From NCBI GenBank assembly GCA_038886535.1, contig JAVZXS010000001.1, forward strand, positions 214,259 to 278,258: DNA of 64,000 nucleotides, read 5' to 3'. This DNA is from Candidatus Micrarchaeia archaeon. Its GTDB lineage: Archaea; Micrarchaeota; Micrarchaeia; CABMEP01. Below, one piece after another: positions 59,571 through 64,000 of this stretch. The position numbers were made by a program, and so were the translations under genes. Every line of letters begins with the position of its first letter. Positions within the stretch are counted from its first letter, which is position 1. The notes beneath the pieces were generated by a model. That model worked only from the letters and a program-made list of their open reading frames with translations, made no database searches and was not told the DNA's origin.

Positions 59571-59867
59571 ATGGGATTCGATGAGGAAGATTCGATAAAC
59601 AGCGAGATAAGATATATGACAATTGAATTAATGAAAATAGCAGCACAGAAAGGGATAACATTTGAAGAGGTAGCAAGAGAATTTCTTAAGAACGCAAAAT
59701 TTCTCAAGAGGCTAATAGAAATAACTGAAAGCACAGACCAGATGTCAAGGGTTCTACTTTCCAAGATAAATATGGAAGATTTGCAAAAAGAGTATGCAAA
59801 AGAACAAGAAAGATTAAAATTTGATAAAGAATCAAAAGAAAAAAGCATCTCAAAGAAAAAGAAATAA
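59571..59867 (+). CDS. hypothetical protein
   Basis: 98-aa helical ORF with GGGGT SD-like sequence. Confidence 0.65.
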   Translation: MGFDEEDSINSEIRYMTIELMKIAAQKGITFEEVAREFLKNAKFLKRLIEITESTDQMSRVLLSKINMEDLQKEYAKEQERLKFDKESKEKSISKKKK

Positions 59868-59938
59868 TTGTTCAGAAGTTAGTTGTAAACAGTTTGCTGC
59901 TACTAATAGACAGTAAAAAATGTTTGTAAGGTGTTTCT

Positions 59939-60943
59939 ATGTTGTTGCTTTTGATCGTGATGTTCTTAATTTCATTTATCGTAACTGCAATATCAATTCC
60001 ATTTATAATAAAGGAATGCAGCAAGCGAAAAATTGGGGGAAACGACGTCCACAAAAAAGGAAGACCATTTGTACCAGGTCTTGGTGGAATCGGAATAGCA
60101 CTATCACTTATTATTTCAATGATTTTAGCTTATATTGTATTTTCTTCCCATGCTTTGTCTCTTTTCTTTGATTCATTTATAAGTGACAGACTAGCTGAAG
60201 TGATGCTTTATTCTATAGTGGTCGTAGTAATCGCTGCAAGCATCGGATTGTTCGACGATTTTGTTTCGATTCCACACAAAATCAAACTTCTTCTCCCTTT
60301 ACTTATTGCAGTTCCAATAATAATATTAAAATCCTCTTGGCTTCATATTTTTTCTCTTCCGTTTATTGGTCCACTTTCCATCCCAATTTCATTATATCTT
60401 CTTCTACTCATCCCCATTGGAGTAATAGCAGTGACAAATGTGACCAATACTTTTGCAGGTTATAATGGATTAGAAGCAGGTCTAGCTGCTATAATTTCAT
60501 TTTTCTTTATCTTACTTGGCTTCCTTCATAACCTTCCAGTAGTTCTTCTTCTCTCTATCCCTCTTTTTGCTTCTTCACTTGCATTTCTTTTTTACAACTG
60601 GTATCCTGCAAGGATATTCATAGATGATGTTGGTACACTTACTATAGGCGCTGTTTTTTCTGAGATTGTAATTCTCGGAGGATTAGAAATAGAAGGTTTC
60701 ATTCTACTGCTTCTTTACATAGTTGATTTTCTTTTCTTCAAAGTTCCAAACAATCTGCCAACAACTAAATGGTGGGGAACTTACAGAAATGGAAAACTAT
60801 ATCATGAAGGAAAAAGCATTCATCTTGGTCAGTTCGTCTTGAGCAAATTTAATGGGTTGAGAGAATATGAATTAGTATCTTTATTTTTAATAATCCAGCT
60901 TCTTCTTGGTGTTCTTTCCATTTTTGTTTCTTTTCTTAAGTAA
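59939..60943 (+). CDS. glycosyltransferase family 4 (GPT/AglH/MraY-like polyprenyl-phosphate GlcNAc-1-P transferase)
   Basis: GNDVHK, GLFDD, NTFAGYNGLE, YNWYPARIF..DVG. Confidence 0.9.
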   Translation: MLLLLIVMFLISFIVTAISIPFIIKECSKRKIGGNDVHKKGRPFVPGLGGIGIALSLIISMILAYIVFSSHALSLFFDSFISDRLAEVMLYSIVVVVIAASIGLFDDFVSIPHKIKLLLPLLIAVPIIILKSSWLHIFSLPFIGPLSIPISLYLLLLIPIGVIAVTNVTNTFAGYNGLEAGLAAIISFFFILLGFLHNLPVVLLLSIPLFASSLAFLFYNWYPARIFIDDVGTLTIGAVFSEIVILGGLEIEGFILLLLYIVDFLFFKVPNNLPTTKWWGTYRNGKLYHEGKSIHLGQFVLSKFNGLREYELVSLFLIIQLLLGVLSIFVSFLK

Positions 60944-60979
60944 TTTTATATATTGTACTAATGTTTATATGGTGTATTA

Positions 60980-61624
60980 ATGAGATGTAATATTTGCGGA
61001 AAGGATGTTCCAGCGGGTGAAGGAGAGGATACAGTTCTTGGTTTTGTCTGCAGAGACTGCTATCATGCAAGAGACTTCAAGTTATGTGCAGAGTGCGGAA
61101 GAAGATTTCCAAGAGATGAAATGGTTGAATGGAATGGTTTGTTTTATTGCAGATCTGATTACTTTAGAGCAAAGGAGCGTTTGGAACGCATAAGAGAGGA
61201 GGAAAGAAAGAAGAAGGAAGAAGAGGAAAAGAAAAAACAGCCTCCGCTTCTTAGACCCGGTAGCGGAATAGGAATTCCAATCAAAAGAGAAAAGAAAGAA
61301 GCATTAACAAAAGATGAAATAAATTCTTTACTTGGAAAAATAAACGAAAGAACAACAAAAATGAATAAAATGAAAATTAAAGCAGGCACTGAAGAAATGT
61401 ATGGAGAAACATCTGAAAAAGAAACAATTTCAAAGAAAGATTTAATCTCTATTATTGATTCTTTATCTTCAAAATCTTCAGATATTTTCGATACAGTTAC
61501 AGATGCCACCATAGAATCATTCGGAGATATCTCTCTTTCTGATTCTTCTAGAAGAAAAAGAAGAGACGCAATCAGTGCTGCATTAGAAGAATTAAACGAA
61601 TTATTAAGAAAAAAGAGGAAATGA
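60980..61624 (+). CDS. double zinc-finger (LIM-like) protein with charged tail
   Basis: CNIC...CRDC, CAEC...YCRSDY. Confidence 0.75.
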   Translation: MRCNICGKDVPAGEGEDTVLGFVCRDCYHARDFKLCAECGRRFPRDEMVEWNGLFYCRSDYFRAKERLERIREEERKKKEEEEKKKQPPLLRPGSGIGIPIKREKKEALTKDEINSLLGKINERTTKMNKMKIKAGTEEMYGETSEKETISKKDLISIIDSLSSKSSDIFDTVTDATIESFGDISLSDSSRRKRRDAISAALEELNELLRKKRK

Positions 61625-61840
61625 ATTTAAAAGATTTAGAAGATTTAAAAGAAACCGATAGTTTAATAGACGCGATTTTTAGATTAACAATGGAAAGATT
61701 ATCTTTTTAAATCTTCTAAAAAAGAATGTTTTAAAAGAAAATGAATTCTTTAAAAAAGAATGAATAGATCAATATATCAGTTAAGACTATTGATTCTTTA
61801 AATCAGTACTTATGAAGGTAGCATATAAAGGTAGGTATCA

Positions 61841-64000
61841 ATGAAAGTAATCTTTCCAAATGTTTCTTTATACAAATCATCATCTAAAATTATAAATGCT
61901 ATTAATATGAATACTAAAATAAATAGTTCTCTTTTGCTTTTATACATAATCTTCTTTTATTCACTCATTCCCTTTGTCTTTGCAGGAAATTGTGGAGGTT
62001 CAACCCCTTGCAACTGTGGAGATACTATAATTCAAGATTATGTGATGACAAGTGATCTTATTTGTCCTTACGATGGTCTAATAATTTTAACAAATAATAT
62101 AACTCTTGATTGTAGTGGACATACTATCGTTTATGGCGGAGGTAGCAATTCAGAAGGGGTAACTATTAATACATATAGTAATATAACGATTAAGAATTGT
62201 ATAATCATCGCAAATTCTTCAGGTTCAAATAATATAGGGATTTCATTTGCTGGTTCATACAATAATCTCGTTTATAATTGTACTATAAAAGATAATCCAT
62301 ACGGTATAGTTTTAGAATTATCGCAAGCCAGTATAATAAACAATAACATTTCAAATAATAATTATGGTATAATAATTCAATTTAGTTCCTTTAACAATCA
62401 TCTATCTAATAATTTCTTTAATAATACAAATAATTTCCTTTTATATGGAAATGCCACATGGAACACAACTCTTGACTGCTTATCGGGTCCAAACATAGTT
62501 GGAGGACCCTGCATAGGTGGTAACTTCTATGCAACTCCTTCAGGAACAGGATTTTCTGAAACATGTACGGACAATGATGGAAATGGAATATGTGATAGTA
62601 ATTATACACTTGCAACTAATAATATTGATTTTCTCCCACTTTCTGTTCCTCCAATTCCACCGATTGAACTTACAACATGTGGAACACTTGACCAGGAAGG
62701 GAAAACTTACGTTCTTACTCAAGACATCTCTTCTTCAGCTACATGCTTCACAATTGATACAGATCACATTACCCTTGACTGCCAAGGATATACAATCACT
62801 CACACCGGTTCAGGCTATGGAGTGTATGCAGATGGAAGGACAAACATTACCATAAAGAATTGTAATATAATTGGAAATAGTTTATCGTCTTATGGAGTTT
62901 ATTTTATTTCAACTAATAAAAGTATTCTTTCTAATATTACTGTAAGTAATAGTAGTATTGGCATATACCTTAAGTATAGTTCAAATAATTATTTAGTAAA
63001 ATTAAATACATCTAATAATTATCCTGGAAATGGTATATACCTTGAGTACAGTTCAAATAATAATATTTCTAATAGCATTGCATTAAATAATTCTCAAGGT
63101 ATAAATTTATTTATTGGTTCAAACAATTCCTTCTCCGATATAATTAGTTCTTACAACTCCGTAGATGGTATTTCCCTTTACTCAGGTTCTAATAACTCCA
63201 TCTCTAATATCACTACTTCAAGCAACGGTAGAGGATTAGTACTCAATTCAGTATCCAATACTCTTATCTTTAACGTTACGTCATTTGATAACTCTCTTAA
63301 AGGCATTTGGCTTTACGGGGCCCAAAATACAACTTTTATTAATTCAACTATATATGATAATACTTATAATTTATTTTTGGAAGGGTATGAAGAAACTCAA
63401 AATATAGACACCTCTAACTTAGTTGATGGAAAACCAGTTTATTGGATTAAAGATGCCACCAATACTGTATACGATTCTTCTACAAATGCAGGATTATTTG
63501 CATGTTTTAATTGTAATAACATCACAGTTAAGGATTTAGTTTTAAGTAAAAATAGTCATGGAATATTATTGAAAGGGACGACTAATTCATTTATTTCCAA
63601 CATCACTGCCTCCTCAAACTACTTCGGTATCTACCTTGAGGACAGCTCAAACAACTCCCTCTCCAACAATACAGCTAACTCAAATGAGAACGGCATCTAC
63701 CTCGACTCCAGCTCCAACAACTTTATTTATAACAATTTCTTTAACAATACTAATAACGTAGTTTTTGATGGCAATATTTACGAAAACTTCTGGAACACAA
63801 CTCTCAACTGCACTCCAGGATCCAGCCAGAACATCATCGGCGGCGACTGTATCGGTGGCAACTTCTGGGCTGATCCTTCAGGAACAGGATTTTCTGAAAC
63901 ATGTACGGACAATGATGGAAATGGAATCTGTGATGAAGCGTATGAACTCGCAACAAATAACATAGATTTCTTACCATTGGCAGTATACACCGCTCCTTCT
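61841..64000 (+). CDS. NosD/CASH-type right-handed beta-helix surface protein (partial; not in ORF track; alternative start 61907)
   Basis: manually translated, open to window end; signal peptide, ITLDCSG and ITLDCQG, ITIKNC, G(I/V)xLxxSSNN turns, GGNF(Y/W)..PSGTGFSETCTDNDGNGICD twice. Confidence 0.9.
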   Translation, partial: MKVIFPNVSLYKSSSKIINAINMNTKINSSLLLLYIIFFYSLIPFVFAGNCGGSTPCNCGDTIIQDYVMTSDLICPYDGLIILTNNITLDCSGHTIVYGGGSNSEGVTINTYSNITIKNCIIIANSSGSNNIGISFAGSYNNLVYNCTIKDNPYGIVLELSQASIINNNISNNNYGIIIQFSSFNNHLSNNFFNNTNNFLLYGNATWNTTLDCLSGPNIVGGPCIGGNFYATPSGTGFSETCTDNDGNGICDSNYTLATNNIDFLPLSVPPIPPIELTTCGTLDQEGKTYVLTQDISSSATCFTIDTDHITLDCQGYTITHTGSGYGVYADGRTNITIKNCNIIGNSLSSYGVYFISTNKSILSNITVSNSSIGIYLKYSSNNYLVKLNTSNNYPGNGIYLEYSSNNNISNSIALNNSQGINLFIGSNNSFSDIISSYNSVDGISLYSGSNNSISNITTSSNGRGLVLNSVSNTLIFNVTSFDNSLKGIWLYGAQNTTFINSTIYDNTYNLFLEGYEETQNIDTSNLVDGKPVYWIKDATNTVYDSSTNAGLFACFNCNNITVKDLVLSKNSHGILLKGTTNSFISNITASSNYFGIYLEDSSNNSLSNNTANSNENGIYLDSSSNNFIYNNFFNNTNNVVFDGNIYENFWNTTLNCTPGSSQNIIGGDCIGGNFWADPSGTGFSETCTDNDGNGICDEAYELATNNIDFLPLAVYTAPS
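62536..63927 (+). repeat. 54-bp identical direct repeat (62536-62589 and 63874-63927)
   Basis: TCCTTCAGGAACAGGATTTTCTGAAACATGTACGGACAATGATGGAAATGGAAT twice, in frame, 1338 bp apart. Confidence 0.95.

Noticed and set aside
5606..61512. numerous 60-180 aa antisense or alternate-frame ORFs overlapping recognised genes
   Set aside because: Shadow ORFs of well-supported CDSs, with biased composition

Overview
AT-rich archaeal chromosomal window, most likely from a DPANN lineage. Separate priS/priL genes and divergent core proteins point to a Micrarchaeota/Iainarchaeota-like organism (inference). It is mostly core information-processing genes: MCM, PriL/PriS, GINS, PolD DP1/DP2, DinB, aIF1/1A/2alpha/2beta, RIO1, NAC, MetRS, CysRS, NMD3 and the L3-to-SecY-Adk-Cmk ribosomal superoperon. 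RNA genes read directly from the DNA are tRNA-Lys(UUU), tRNA-Cys(GCA), an intron-containing tRNA-Arg(UCU), a compact RNase P RNA and a box C/D sRNA. The most unusual content is two bacterial-type MEP-pathway genes: an intact dxr and a dxs whose acceptor-phosphate-binding residues are substituted. A bacterial-type inositol-3-phosphate synthase and a CDP-alcohol phosphatidyltransferase are also present. Other features are several structured non-coding leaders (rpl3, PolD, TRAM, dxs), a tRNA intron built from two palindromic repeats, a HEAT-repeat pseudogene and a mosaic beta-helix surface-protein gene running off the right end. No CRISPR array, transposase, integrase, intein or rRNA was recognised. 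All calls come from motif recognition by eye; no searches were run.
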